A stretch of 63,137 bases of DNA, filler included, from Octopus bimaculoides (GCF_001194135.2; 5 parts of 4 records of this genome joined end to end with filler, not necessarily neighbours in it), one strand, 5' to 3'; counted from the whole stretch's first letter, positions 38,561 to 51,374 are shown. Notes: generated by a model not told the origin, from the letters alone. Numbers and translations are program-made.

Positions 38561-38594
<34 letters not shown>

Positions 38595-40087
38595 NNNNNN
38601 NNNNNNNNNNNNNNNNNNNNNNNNNNNNNNNNNNNNNNTTAATTAATTAANNNNNNNNNNNNNNNNNNNNNNNNNNNNNNNNNNNNNNNNNNNNGAGGGA
38701 GACAGAGGGAAAGAAGCAGATAGAGAGACAGAGAATGGTCGGAGCTTTGATTTACAGATGTGTCATCTCCCACTATCAGGGTACACTCGAAGTTAACCAG
38801 TTTTAACTTTAGCAGTAACACTTGCTGGCTAAATGCATGCCAATTATCACATGAGTGCTGTATAGAATGCAATGTGTTTCAACAAACGGCAATTATAGAA
38901 TTTAAAAAAAAAAAAAAACTGATCTGAGATTTCGAATTGAAAATTTGCAAAAAATAAATAACAAACAAAATAGTCATACGCTAAAGAAAAATAACTAGTT
39001 AAAAAAAAATTCAAGGGAAACTACTCTAGCAAAAAAACAACCTCCACATATATCAAAATTATCTCCCTTTCTGAAAAAAAAATTAGAAGGTTTTATATTT
39101 TTGCATGTCTAAATTTATTCTTATTATTGCTTAGTTCCGTCAATCTGATTGAGCAGATTTTCGATTGAAAGCGTTCTAACCGTAGCCATGCTGTTTATTA
39201 TTATTATTATTATTATTATTTAATTTTATCATTTTTTTACTCTATTGTCTAATGTCTCCCCACTTTTCGTTTAAAACAACGTGGCACAATTAAAAAAAAA
39301 AACAAACATTGAGGTGGGGGTAGGACCCAGAACGAATTACAAGTACATAAGAACTTGTGGGGGGCGACTTTGTGCTAAGGAAAATATAATTAATCGTTAA
39401 TTTTCGAGATCCATGGGTATGCATGCGATCACACCACGTAGCATTAATTAAAATCGTATAATGCATTTATTAACCGAGTAATTGTAATGCATTAAATAGC
39501 GAAACTCCATAGACGCCACAAAGTATAATGTTTTAAATTTAATGAAACTTCTTACCTTGCATCTTAATGAGAATGTTGATTCTGCTTTAGTTTGGAAAAC
39601 TCCAAGATGTTAGACACGACTGATGGTGCAGTAATTCCTAATTAGTTTGCAAGATTATTATCGGTAAGTCTAGCACGCAAGTTGTTCTTCAGTTAAATTT
39701 AATATTACGAATATCAGTAAATGATAGAAAGCAGTGATACAATTTTCAATACGTGATTCTCCAAAAGTGAAAATTTTTCAATATCTGCATAAGATTTACA
39801 AAATTCCAAAGTAGATAAACTATTAACTTTGGATATTGAAGTAACTGATTACAAATTAATTATACTCGAGTCGCAAGATATCAAGAACTTCATGCGGCAT
39901 TACATTAAAAGGAGTTTTGTATAATCGTAGTCCGAATTAATCATTTAGTAAATATCGAAAACTCATTTGGAATTGATCCAAATGATTACAACACTCTCTG
40001 ACATATTCCAGACACGACGGTATCAACTTTCTGTTCTTTCAGTGTAGGAATATGTGCCGGGTGGGGTATAATTTTATTATTTGTCTG

Positions 40088-40760
40088 AAGGCGGTGAGCT
40101 GGCAGAAACGCTAGCACGCCGGGCGAAATGCTTAGCGATATTTCGTCTGTCTTTACGTTCTGAGTTCAAATTCCGCCGAGGTCGACTTTGCCTTTCATCC
40201 TTTCGGGGTCGATAAATTAAGTACCAGCTGCGTGCTGGGGTTGATCTAATCGACTGCCCCCACCTCCCCTAAAAATTTCTTGCCTTGTGCCAAGAGTAGA
40301 AAAGAATCGTTAGCATGCCGGTCAAAATGCTTAGCGGTATTTCGTCCGGTTTTATGTTCTGAGCTCAAATTCCAACGAGGTCGACTCTGCCTTTCATCCT
40401 TCGAGGTCGATAAAATAAATACCAGTTGCGTTACTGGGGTCGATCTAATTGAGTTACTCCTAAACCGAATTTGCGGGCCTTGTGTCAAAATTTGAAACCA
40501 TCATTTGTGTTGGTAATGGCAGCGAGGCCGGAAGAATCGTCAGCGCGTCGGACGAAGTGCTTTGTGTTCTGAGTTCAAATTCTGTCGAGGTCGACTTTGC
40601 CTTTCATCTTTCAGGGACGATAAAATGAGTACCAGTTGAGCATTGGGGTCGATGTAATCGATTGGCCTCTTCCCATAGCAACGTCAGTCCTTGTGACTGT
40701 CGGAGAAAGGATTATTTGTCTTCCTGATGCCAATGAACCGGCAGAATCGTCAGCACGTGA
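40088..40760 (+). mobile_element. Head-to-tail array of SINE family A (three near-complete copies plus one stub)
   Basis: Copies start at ~40088, ~40303, ~40520 and ~40735. Confidence 0.85.
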
Positions 40761-41344
40761 CATAATTCTTTTTTGTTCTCATCCGTCGTTTCTATTGTAA
40801 ACGTTACAAGTTTTAATGCTTTTACAATATGAATTATTCTTCTGCATCAAACGTGTAAGACAAAGTTTTGCGTGCGACCGTAATCTCTTCACGACTCTTA
40901 TCTGCACCACAGATTTAATTTCCACTTGAGGGACTCCTTCCAGTCGTCTTCACTAATGAATGATAATGTATTATACAGTGCATGCTTGTAGTTAAATTCA
41001 ACAACAATGGCGTTAGTTCCACACCAAATACTAAAACGATAGAATCCAACGAAAGGAGCGATATTCTTCGTCGACAAAAATAAGGTAATTATTTTTCTAC
41101 CGTTTAGTCAGAGGCAATGAGAGTGTTTAAGACTCATTTCGATTTTTTTTTTCGGGGGCTTCGAGACAGTTCGAAGCAAGTGGAGAAGTTATTCTTAAAC
41201 TTGAGATCTGGTCCGAATGCTTCCAAAACAAGTGAACTCCGATGAAAGTACCTAAGGTGTTAAATCCAGAGACTGATTAAGTGTTCCACTCCAGAACGCA
41301 GAGCCAAATTAAGCACTACAAAGTATCACAGTAACCTCTAGCGA

Positions 41345-41450
41345 TTCTACCTATTCAGCATCCTGATGGTATTTTATTTCATCGACTCCGAAAAGTTAAA
41401 AAGTAAAGTTAACATCGGCGTTATTTGAACTCAGTGCATAGAGCTCAAAT
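41345..41450 (-). mobile_element. SINE family A fragment
   Basis: ttttatttcatcgactccgaaaag..tttgaactcag. Confidence 0.6.
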
Positions 41451-41529
41451 AGCGTTTTGTTCCAACTTTGCCAAATTACCACTCTTAATACACTGTCAAT
41501 TTCATCGCAAATATTATTATGGGCATATA

Positions 41530-41712
41530 AAGGCGGCGAGATGGCAGAAGCGTTAGCCATCTTTACTTTCAGAGTTCAAATTCCACTGTGGTCGACTTTG
41601 CCTTTCATCTTTTCAGGGTCGATAAAATGAGTACCAGTTGAGTACTGGGGTCAATGTGATCGACTTTGCCTCCCCCGAAATTGCTGGCCTTGTTCCAGAA
41701 TTTGAACCCAAT
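41530..41712 (+). mobile_element. SINE family A
   Basis: aaggcggcgagatggcagaagcgttagc..gtcgactttgcctttcatc. Confidence 0.85.
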
Positions 41713-42764
41713 ATTACTAAGGTCAGAAGAATAGAAATGAGAAAATAAAATGATGGTGGAATGATGTGGAAGGGTGTGGAAGGGTGTAAGCTACAAAATA
41801 TGGCGGTGGGGGGAGTAGTATATGATTAAAGTAGCAAGACTCAGTTGAATTGGTACACATACAAGCAAGGTCGGAAGAAGGTCGTGGATAGGAGGAATGT
41901 GAGGGCTATGTCAGTTGAAATACTGCACGCATAAAGTGCAGAAACTATTCACTGTCTCCAGTAATGTCCACGTCATTGTTGGTATTGATCACTTTTACCA
42001 AAAACAAGGCAAGAAGGTAGAACTTAATATTGATCCAAACAGCACTTGAATGTCGCATCATAGGTCAGTTGAATTGGTGCACGCACAAAAAAAAAGGCCA
42101 AGGGAGAGTTGGTAAGAATATTGAAAGCAATGAAAAACAAGATCAATGGAATTATTGCATGCATAGAATGGCTATGTGTTGGCAAGAAAGTTGAAAGCTA
42201 TGGAAAAGAAGGTGTGTGGAAGGAAGGGGAATAGGGAGGTGCTAGTATGAGAAATATAATAAAGTTAAAGAATTGAATCGGTAGGCGGTATGCAACAAAA
42301 ATATACTCAGAATGAAAACAGAAATTACAAAAGAAACAGTCGAGTGTATTGAATTGCCACACCATGTATAAGCTGTCTCTAAAAAGAGGAAAATAATGTA
42401 TTTATATATGTATATATATACGCATTGTGATTTTTTAAAACATCATTTGAAGGTATCGAAGATTCTGTAATGACGGAATTGCAGGCCGTATTCTAAAATT
42501 ATAAATTATACTTTACATTTTTCTGAGCGTAATTCCGTAACCACAGTTCCAATAACGGGAGATGCCTGCTTTATATATATATATATATATATATNNNNNN
42601 NNNNNNNNNNNNNNNNNNNNNNNNNNNNNNNNNNNNNNNNNNNNNNNNNNNNNNNNNNNNNNNNNNNNNNNNNNNNNNNNNNNNNNNNNNNNNNNNNNNN
42701 NNNNNNNNNNNNNNNNNNNNNNNNNNNNNNNNNNNNNNNNNNNNNNNNNNNNNNNNNNACATGG

Positions 42765-43290
42765 TGGTTGTCTACTCCTTATGCAGAGCCTGACCACTTT
42801 AGATCCATCATGACGTGTGATGTGGCTTTTTAAACCAGACAATGTATTGAAAAGACACTGACAAAGATTGCATATCCGATTTGGACCACCAAAAGCTGTA
42901 GTTAAGTTCTGATATTTGTGGATCTTAAAATGTCTCTTGAGGCCTCCGTTGGATTCGCAAACCTTCTGGCATACATTACAGTGAAAGGTGTGCACAGACA
43001 TATAGGCTGAATAGCTGGTGGTGGTTCGTTTTCCATGGGTTCCAAATGAGATTTGAGCCCAGCAAAAGAAAGGCACGGTCTGTCACAAACTGTGCACACA
43101 AAAAGGGTCACCGAGATTCCCCTTCTCAATCGTAACATTCTTCCTTAAACCTCTCTTGAGTCTTGTATGCGTTATCCTGGCCTCTTCAAATGTTTTCACT
43201 CCACTCCACACTTTTGTTCGCCATTCATCTCGATCCGAAGCATGGGTTTCTATGTCCTCTGAATCCATTCCAATCGACGTCATGGTAGTC
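42765..43290 (-). mobile_element. RTE-like LINE 3' end with three C2H2-type zinc fingers
   Basis: [28 protein letters not shown] (RTE-type C-terminal motif) followed by CTVCDRPCLSFAGLKSH, CNVCQKVCESNGGLKRHFKIH and CNLCQCLFNTLSGLKSHITRH. Confidence 0.75.
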
Positions 43291-43324
43291 CACACACACA
43301 CACACGCACGCACGCACACATACA

Positions 43325-43414
<90 letters not shown>

Positions 43415-43416
<2 letters not shown>

Positions 43417-43560
43417 ACAGGTTTCTTTCCGTTTCCGTCTACCAAATCCACTCACAAGGCTTTGGTCGGCCCAAGGCTACAGTAGAAGACACTTGGCCAA
43501 GGTACTACGCAGTGGGACTGAACCCGAAACCATGTGGTTGGCAAGCAAGTTACCTACCAC
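43415..43560 (-). mobile_element. SINE family B, 5' half
   Basis: tttccgtctaccaaatccactcacaaggc..gaacccgaaaccatgtggttgg. Confidence 0.85.
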
Positions 43561-43704
43561 AATTCCAAAAAAAAAAAAGTTGGTCTCTGGGCTGGAGATC
43601 GGCTTTTTCACTCTTGGAGAGAAGTCTGCAAAGAAAGGTTCCAAGAACATACATACGAACACACGCATTTTATTTTAACATGTCTTTCAAATTATTTTCT
43701 TTGT

Positions 43705-43977
43705 TTTTATTTGTTTCAGCCAATGCACTGTGACCACACTGGAGCATAGATTTAGTCGAACGAACGAAACGTGATTATTTGTTTTTAAAATCTGGTACAC
43801 ATCCTGTTGTCACTTTTGCCGAACCGCTAGGTCAGCGGGCCGTAAACAAACCGACACCGACATAGGCAATGGTAGGAGAGAAACAGAAACACAGATACAT
43901 ACATACATACATATATACATATATACATATGTACGTATATATGTGTGTGTGTATATGTGTGTGTACACACATACTTC

Positions 43978-44009
<32 letters not shown>

Positions 44010-44175
44010 TGTGTGTGTGTTTGTGTAGGACAGGCTTCTTTCTGTTTCCGTCTACCAAATCCACTCTCAGGGAAATAGTAGAAGACATTTGCTTAAGGTG
44101 TCACGCAGTGGGTTTGAACCCGGAACTATGTGGTTGGATAACAAACTTCATTACCACAGACCCACGCCTGCGCCA
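43705..44175 (-). mobile_element. SINE family B, diverged full length with expanded internal microsatellite
   Basis: Tail (ttgtttcagcc..gccgaaccgctag) and head (acccacgcctgcgcc) both present. Confidence 0.75.
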
Positions 44176-45426
44176 GTAGGTACATAAGCATATTTGAACA
44201 CATACATATACACGTATATGCATACGCACTCACACATGCAAACACACACACACACACACACATACATACATACATACATACATACATACATACATACCTA
44301 CATACTCTGAAATAATCTCATAAAAGTAACTGCGGGGTAATTTACTTTCTGTCGTATTTCATTCACTCTCGTTGCTTTTCTATTTAATTTTTAACATTAT
44401 ATTTCTAGAATTATTATTAAAACTCCATAGAATTCAAATTGGCAACAACAATAACAACATTAATACTTAATAACAACAACAACAGCAACAACAACGGAAT
44501 GGCAAACAAGAAATTAGCAATCTGAAAAAATAATTTCAAAAACTGCAAATGAAAAAATATTGATTTTCATGTTTTTATATTTTTCGTGCAGTTTGATGCG
44601 TGTGTATGTAAGGGAGAGAGAGAGAGAGAGAGAGNNNNNNNNNNNNNNNNNNNNNNNNNNNNNNNNNNNNNNNNNNNNNNNNNNNNNNNNNNNNNNNNNN
44701 NNNNNNNNNNNNNNNNNNNNNNNNNNNNNNNNNNNNNNNNNNNNNNNNNNNNNNNNNNNNNNNNNNNNNNNNNNNNNNNNNNNNNNNNNNNNNNNNNNNN
44801 NNNNNNNNNNNNNNNNNNNNNNNNNNNNNNNNNNNNNNNNNNNNNNNNNNNNNNNNNNNNNNNNNNNNNNNNNNNNNNNNNNNNNNNNNNNNNNNNNNNN
44901 NNNNNNNNNNNNNNNNNNNNNNNNNNNNNNNNNNNNNNNNNNNNNNNNNNNNNNNNNNNNNNNNNNNNNNNNNNNNNNNNNNNNNNNNNNNNNNNNNNNN
45001 NNNNNNNNNNNNNNNNNNNNNNNNNNNNNNNNNNNNNNNNNNNNNNNNNNNNNNNNNNNNNNNNNNNNNNNNNNNNNNNNNNNNNNNNNNNNNNNNNNNN
45101 NNNNNNNNNNNNNNNNNNNNNNNNNNNNNNNNNNNNNNNNNNNNNNNNNNNNNNNNNNNNNNNNNNNNNNNNNNNNNNNNNNNNNNNNNNNNNNNNNNNN
45201 NNNNNNNNNNNNNNNNNNNNNNNNNNNNNNNNNNNNNNNNNNNNNNNNNNNNNNNNNNNNNNNNNNNNNNNNNNNNNNNNNNNNNNNNNNNNNNNNNNNN
45301 NNNNNNNNNNNNNNNNNNNNNNNNNNNNNNNNNNNNNNNNNNNNNNNNNNNNNNNNNNNNNNNNNNNNNNNNNNNNNNNNNNNNNNNNNNNNNNNNNNNN
45401 NNNATATATGCATGTATGTATATATG

Positions 45427-46292
45427 TATCAGGCTGAGTAAAAAGTTAAGCAACGTTTCGAAACATGAAATTCATTACAATATATATCAACAATGCAGAA
45501 ATTTTATTCATCAATGGAAGTACCATTACAATCAACACATTTTTGCCAACGAGTTACAAGTTTGTTTATTCCAGTAACATAAAGAATCTGGAGTTCTGGA
45601 GCTGATGAACTCTTTGAATGCACTTTCAGTATCGGTTTGATTTCTTAACTTCTTTTCTCACAGGAAACCATCAAGGTGCTTGAAAAAGTAGAAGTCGGCA
45701 GGAGAAAGGTCTGGGGAATAAGCTGGGTGGGGAAGAACTTCGTAGCCAAGTTCCCTCAGCTTCTGGAATGTCATTAGTGAAACGTTTGGTCGAGCATTGT
45801 CATGAAGAATGGTTGGCCCTCTTCTATTGACCAGTCTGGGACGGAGGAGTAGCAGGTTTTCATTCATTCTGGCAATTTCATGGCGATATGTTTCTGCAGT
45901 AATGGTTTTTCTGGGTTTTAAGAAGCTATAGTGGACGAGTCTTACAGTACACCACTACCAGCCACCATAAACTTCTTTTTGAAGAGCTCCGGTTTAGGGG
46001 AGGTTTCAGTGCTTCATTTTGGTCCAACCACTGCGAAGAAAGTTTCTTATTTTTGTACAGAATCCACTTTTCATCACAACTTACAACACGGTCGAGAAAT
46101 GGATGGGTCTGGTTACGTAGAAGAAGCGAGGAGCAAATTTCATATCTGCGCTTTTTCTGATCTTCATTCAAATCGTGTGGTACCCATTTGTCGAGCCCTT
46201 TGGATTTTCCGATTGCATACAAATGATTGCAGGCAGTTTTCTGGCTAACTTGAAATTCTTTTGCCAGTTCTCGAGTGGTTTTACGTGGATAC
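45427..46292 (-). mobile_element. Mariner transposase remnant (DD34D type), 5'-truncated
   Basis: LDKWVPHDL..PFLDRVVSCDEKWILY ... LHDNARP..HPAYSPDLSPADFYFFKHLD; TIR-like end tatcaggctgagtaaaaagttaagcaacg. Confidence 0.92.
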
Positions 46293-46464
46293 TCTTTCAA
46301 GGCGGTGCCCCAGTATGGTCGCAGTCCAATGACTGAACCATGGCTATTAACATTGCAGCTGTTCTTGTAATAAGTTATAATTGTTATCTTCTCAACTGGA
46401 AGCAAAGTGAATGAGCAAGGCAAAAAGGGAAAATTAACGACTCCTTGTCTATTGCTTTCAAATC

Positions 46465-46670
46465 TTGGCACAAGGATACTTATTTGGAGAGAGACGAGCT
46501 AAATCGATTACATCGACCCCCAGTGTTTCACTGGTATTTATTTTATCGAACCTGAAAGGATAAAAGGCAAAGTCGACCTCTGCGGAATTTGAACTCAGAA
46601 CGTAGCGACCGACGAAATTCTGCTCAGCATTTTACCCGGCGTGCTAACGATTCTGCCATCTCGCTGCTTT
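46465..46670 (-). mobile_element. SINE family A
   Basis: Reverse complement of the family A body and head. Confidence 0.85.
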
Positions 46671-46822
46671 AAGACTGCTTGTATATTACACTCACTATTA
46701 CAAGACAATGGATTCGATTCAAGGGCCGAGCAGTGCGTTGCCTTCTTGAGTAAAACATCTCATTTCACATTACTCTAGTCTAGTGAACTATTGAGTTATC
46801 TTGCGACGAGCTGGCGTCCCTT

Positions 46823-47835
46823 CGCGAATTTTTTTTCCAACGAGAGTTCCGGACCCCAGTAATAAACTCATTTGCATATAGCCAATCAGAGCAGAGCCAC
46901 CTTTATCCTTTCTTCCTTTCTAGTCAGCACCGTGCATTCCTTACTCTTTCCCTCTCTACTGGCAGACAGCAACTCCTCCGTCTCGGTTAATGTTTGTTTC
47001 TTTTTGTCATGAAGCAGTGAGATGGCTGTGAGATGTGCTAAAAATAACAGCTAAATAAGATGTTTTGGATAAATCTTTTAAATTGAAATTTATTTGCCAA
47101 CATCTCGCTCAGAGATTAAAAACTGCTTTTCTCTTTTAAATTAACATAAACATTTATTTACATGAAAGAAAATTACCGGAGAACTTTCATTTAATTCTTC
47201 TAAATCTTTCTCTTAAAAATGGTAATGTGTTTATCGCATGTAACGTGTTGTTTATCGCATTTGCATTAACCACTGGTGGTTGTAAGGTGTGCTAAAAATA
47301 ACAGCTAAGTAAGATTTATATACATGAAATAAAATTACCGGAGACATAACACGTTCTTTCCAAATATTCTTTTATACTCAGGTCACAAGGACCGAAATTT
47401 TTTGGGAGGGGACCAGTCGATTAGATCGACCCAGTACGCAACTGGTACTTAAATTCATCGACCCGAAAAGATGAAAGGCAAAGTCGAACTCGGCGGAGTG
47501 ATATTTTCAGGATATTGACAACAGAGTATCTATAAAACCTCCAAGCAGTTTCCGTACTTTCATAGTCGTCCAAAACATTATCTTTGATTATTATAGCAGA
47601 GACTTTATCTTTGATTGCTATACTAATTCAAACCTACCGCTAACAAACGTGTGTTCAGTATCGATGATATTGGCATCTGAATGAGAGCACAATACAAGAT
47701 TCGCATGGCAATCGGAGGTCGCCATTTTGAATGCCAACATTTGTTAATTTGACAAGGTGAAGGTGAGTTCTGATTGGCTGTATGCAAATGAGTACTTTAC
47801 TGGGGTCTGGAACTCGCGTGGGAAAAATATTCGCG
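46823..47835. mobile_element. Putative non-autonomous TIR element (~70-bp arms with octamer+CCAAT)
   Basis: 46823-46892 is the reverse complement of 47767-47835 at high identity; flanks gtcccttc / gtcccgttc look like an imperfect TSD. Confidence 0.6.
47378..47497 (-). mobile_element. SINE family A 3' part nested in the TIR element
   Basis: cacaaggaccgaaa..actggtactt..gaaaggcaaagtcga. Confidence 0.8.
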
Positions 47836-47984
47836 TCCCGTTCAGGGGGAATCTCGGCCATTTATCACGTGACCGTCATGTGACCGTCCAGGCCAGCAGT
47901 TGTTGTTGCACATCGCAGCTCACAATGCACCTTTGCATTGTTTTAGCCTTAAATGACATCACCCCGCTGGCAAGGCGAACAGGC

Positions 47985-48134
47985 CAACAGTCCCCACCCC
48001 CGACCGAAGGGAGATTGGAGCAATGTGAAATGAAGCGTTTTACTCAAGAACACAACGCGCGCCCAATCAGGGAATCGAACCCTCGATCTACTGATCGTGA
48101 GTGCAAAAGCCTAGCCACTAGGCCACGCGCCTTC
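47985..48134 (-). mobile_element. SINE family C 5' part
   Basis: ctcaagaacacaacg..gaatcgaacc..ccactaggccacgcgccttc. Confidence 0.75.
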
Positions 48135-48769
48135 ACCAATCATTTATACGCCATGGAAATCGAGTAAACGTCCCTACGAGTCCTAGGCCTGGAGACAGTA
48201 ATGTCTGGCGGGGACCTATATCTACTCTTTCAAAGCGACTCGGATATATATTTACTATGCACACAAAAATGTATCTTCTGCTTGAAGCCAGAAAACTATA
48301 GTTAAATACGTACGGTAGGTCTGCAAAAATCATCTCGCAAAGACTAAAGGAAAAAGTGATACAAACAGCTATGATACATTAACATAACAAACAAATACAT
48401 TCACACAAAATAAGGTAACTATTTTCTGTCTTCAAGGAAGCCAACAAATACAACACAGAAGCCGAGATATCAGATAGTTATGAGAATCCATGAAACAACT
48501 AAAAAAAAAAAGCTTGAAAGCGGGATAACGGAATGTCATGCTAAGAGAAGAAATACTGTATTTGGTTGAAAGCTGACAAGATTAAGCGAAAGAAGAGTGA
48601 GCAGATAAAGCAAGCATTTCAATACTGGTTGCAAAGCGAGGGATTTGAAACTAAGACCGAAGGGTCTTGATTAAGGGACAAAGAAGTTACCGAAATCATA
48701 TAATGAAAAATAATAGAAAAATATGCAGCTGCAGAATATCTAAAGACTTATAAGAGATAAATAGTCCTT

Positions 48770-48925
48770 TCTATTATAGACACAAGGCCTGAAGTTTTGG
48801 GGGAGGGGACGGGTCGATTACAACGACCCCAAAATTTTACTGGTACTTAATTTATCGACACCGAAAGGATGAAAGGCAAAGTCGACTTCGGCAGAATTTG
48901 AAGTCAGAACGTAAAAATGGACGAA
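48770..48925 (-). mobile_element. SINE family A 3' part
   Basis: Reverse complement of the family A body. Confidence 0.8.
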
Positions 48926-48949
48926 ATAAGAGATAAATAATATCGTATT

Positions 48950-49336
48950 TGGTTACTCTTTTACTTGTTTCGGTCATTTGACTGCGGCCATGCTGGAGCA
49001 CCGCCTTTAGTCGAACAAATCGACCCCAGGACTTATTCTTTGGAAGCCTAGAACTTATTCTATCGGTCTCTTTTGCCGAACCGCTAAGTTACGGGGACGT
49101 AAACGCACCAGCATCGGTTGTCAAGTGATGTTGGGGGGACAAACACAGACACACAAACACACACACAGACATATATATATATATATATATATACGACGGG
49201 CTTCTTTCAGTTTCCGTCTACCAAATCCACTCACGAGGCTTTGGTCGGCCGGAGGCTATAGTAGAAGACACTTGCCCAAGGTGCCACGCAGTGGGAATGA
49301 ACCCGGAACCATGTGGTTGGTAAGCAAGCTACTTAC
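48950..49336 (-). mobile_element. SINE family B, full length, low divergence
   Basis: Nearly identical to the 14338-14724 copy. Confidence 0.9.
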
Positions 49337-49564
49337 CACACAGCCAGACCTGCGCCTGGTTGACCATTCTTAACCAAAATGGAATCGTTATGGAATTCAT
49401 AACCAGAGGCGGAACTTTCCTGCCCCGGAAACTATCTCAGCTTTATAAAAACACGCACATATAAAAAAAAGATACTCCACACATACTCCGGAACGGTTTC
49501 AGAGAACGATAAATTGACGATGCACTGAGATCTGCCAATCTATACAAAATTAGAAAAATGAAGG

Positions 49565-49815
49565 CAAACCATTTAAATGGATGAGTGGTCAAGACACTTT
49601 CATTGCAACCACGTCGTTTTGGGTTCAGACTTCTCGCACGTTACTTTGGACAAGTCTTTGGTCGGTCAATGCCTTGTAGGTTACTTTTGCAAACGGAAGT
49701 GTGTAGAAACCTGTAGCGTGCGCGCGCGTTTCCCTACCGTTTGATAACTAGTGGTGGTTTGTTTATGTCCTTGTAATGTAGCGGTTCGGCATAGAAACTA
49801 ACATAATTACCAGAT
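49565..49815 (+). mobile_element. SINE family B, diverged
   Basis: gggttcagac..ctttggacaag..caatgccttg..acggaagtg..agcggttcggca. Confidence 0.55.
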
Positions 49816-49849
49816 TAAAAACAAAAAGTGATAGCCGGGGGGGGTCAAT

Positions 49850-50022
49850 CTTATTTCTTTATTGCCCACAAGTGGCTAAACATAGAGGGAGCAAACAAGG
49901 ACAGACAAAGGGATTAAGTCGATTAAATCGACCCCAGTGCGTAACTGGTACTTAATTTATCGACCCTGAAAGAATGAAAGGCAAAGTCGGCCTCGGTGGA
50001 ATTTGAACTCAGGATGTAGCGA
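49850..50022 (-). mobile_element. SINE family A with extended 3' tail
   Basis: Family A body plus tail (rc: ctttgtctgtccttgtttgctccctctatgtttagccacttgtgggcaataaagaaataag). Confidence 0.8.
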
Positions 50023-51074
50023 CGGGGTCAATCTATTCAATTAAACCCTTCAAGGCGCTGTCCAAGGGCGGCCGAGGTCCAAAAGCTGGAATAAGTAAAA
50101 GAAAAACAAACACAGGCGTTATTGGCAAACACAATCTGGAAATAAAATGTCTTCTAATCGATTCATTAATTCCAACGAACCACAATATACACAATTTGTC
50201 TTAAAATTACAAATATTCTTTGAATACGTAGTGTCATATCGGATGGCAAAAACAGAACTTTACCGTTGGGAGACGTCGTAAATCGCAAAAATGTGATGAG
50301 GCGTTTATCAATTAGTAATAATACTTTGAAGTCAATGTTATTTCCTTTCAGCTTCAGGAAGAAAAAACTAAGGATGACTGCTACAATATTAGAAAACCAG
50401 TTTCCGAATACTGTAGCAGAATCATCCACCATTTCCCCCCCTTTTCTTTCTTTCTTTCCTTCTTTTTTGTTGTTGTACGACAATGAATTGGGAAGTTGTT
50501 TTTATTTAATCTTTTCATTGCACGTGGATTAAGAACCTCATTAATGGCTTCGTGAAAGAGTCATCTAATGCGTTAAAGTATAATAATAATGAGATTCGAT
50601 CTTTAGATACTTCGAATATGCTAACGGGTTTTTTGTTTCGTATTTTAATATCAAAATTCTCCATGGCATTTTCTTCCAGAACAGACCGGTTTTAAAGAAT
50701 AAAAACTGTCATTAATTATTTTAACTAATTGAGGCTCAGATTTTTTCAGCAATTTTCTTATCGCTTGATCTGTTTTCTTCAGTTTCAGATTATGTTTGAA
50801 GACTTCAATGCTTTACGTTTTTAAATTTTACTGCACGAAAATCCAGGTTGTAGTTAATTAGATGCTTCATTTGTAACGCTGATTTGATTATCTTACTGCC
50901 TTTTGTCATGTAACAAAGCTGTCTATAGATAATTCTTTGCAGCTTTTATCTTCTATCCAAAATCTTTTTTCCGATTATCATCGGCTCCGATGTTTTCTCC
51001 ATTTTTTAAAATTGTTCTAACAGTTGTTTGTATCGATTATATTAAACTATTTAATAGTTTCTATCGAACCTTTA

Positions 51075-51320
51075 TCACATGATCTGGTGGTTTCGGTGCT
51101 GGAGATGGCGGGGGCTTATCTCCCCGCTAGCGATATAAACAAGCGTGCATTTTGCACCAAAAGCCATTATGAGAGTTTCTCTCATGGTAACTGCATCAGT
51201 AAAGTTTGTTCTAGCAGAACACCTACGTGTAATTGGGAATAAATAATACCGCTCGGTATCAATTCTGCCTCAGTCACTAATACATATTCTTTTACAAGCT
51301 CACTGGCTAATCGCGATACC

Positions 51321-51374
<54 letters not shown>

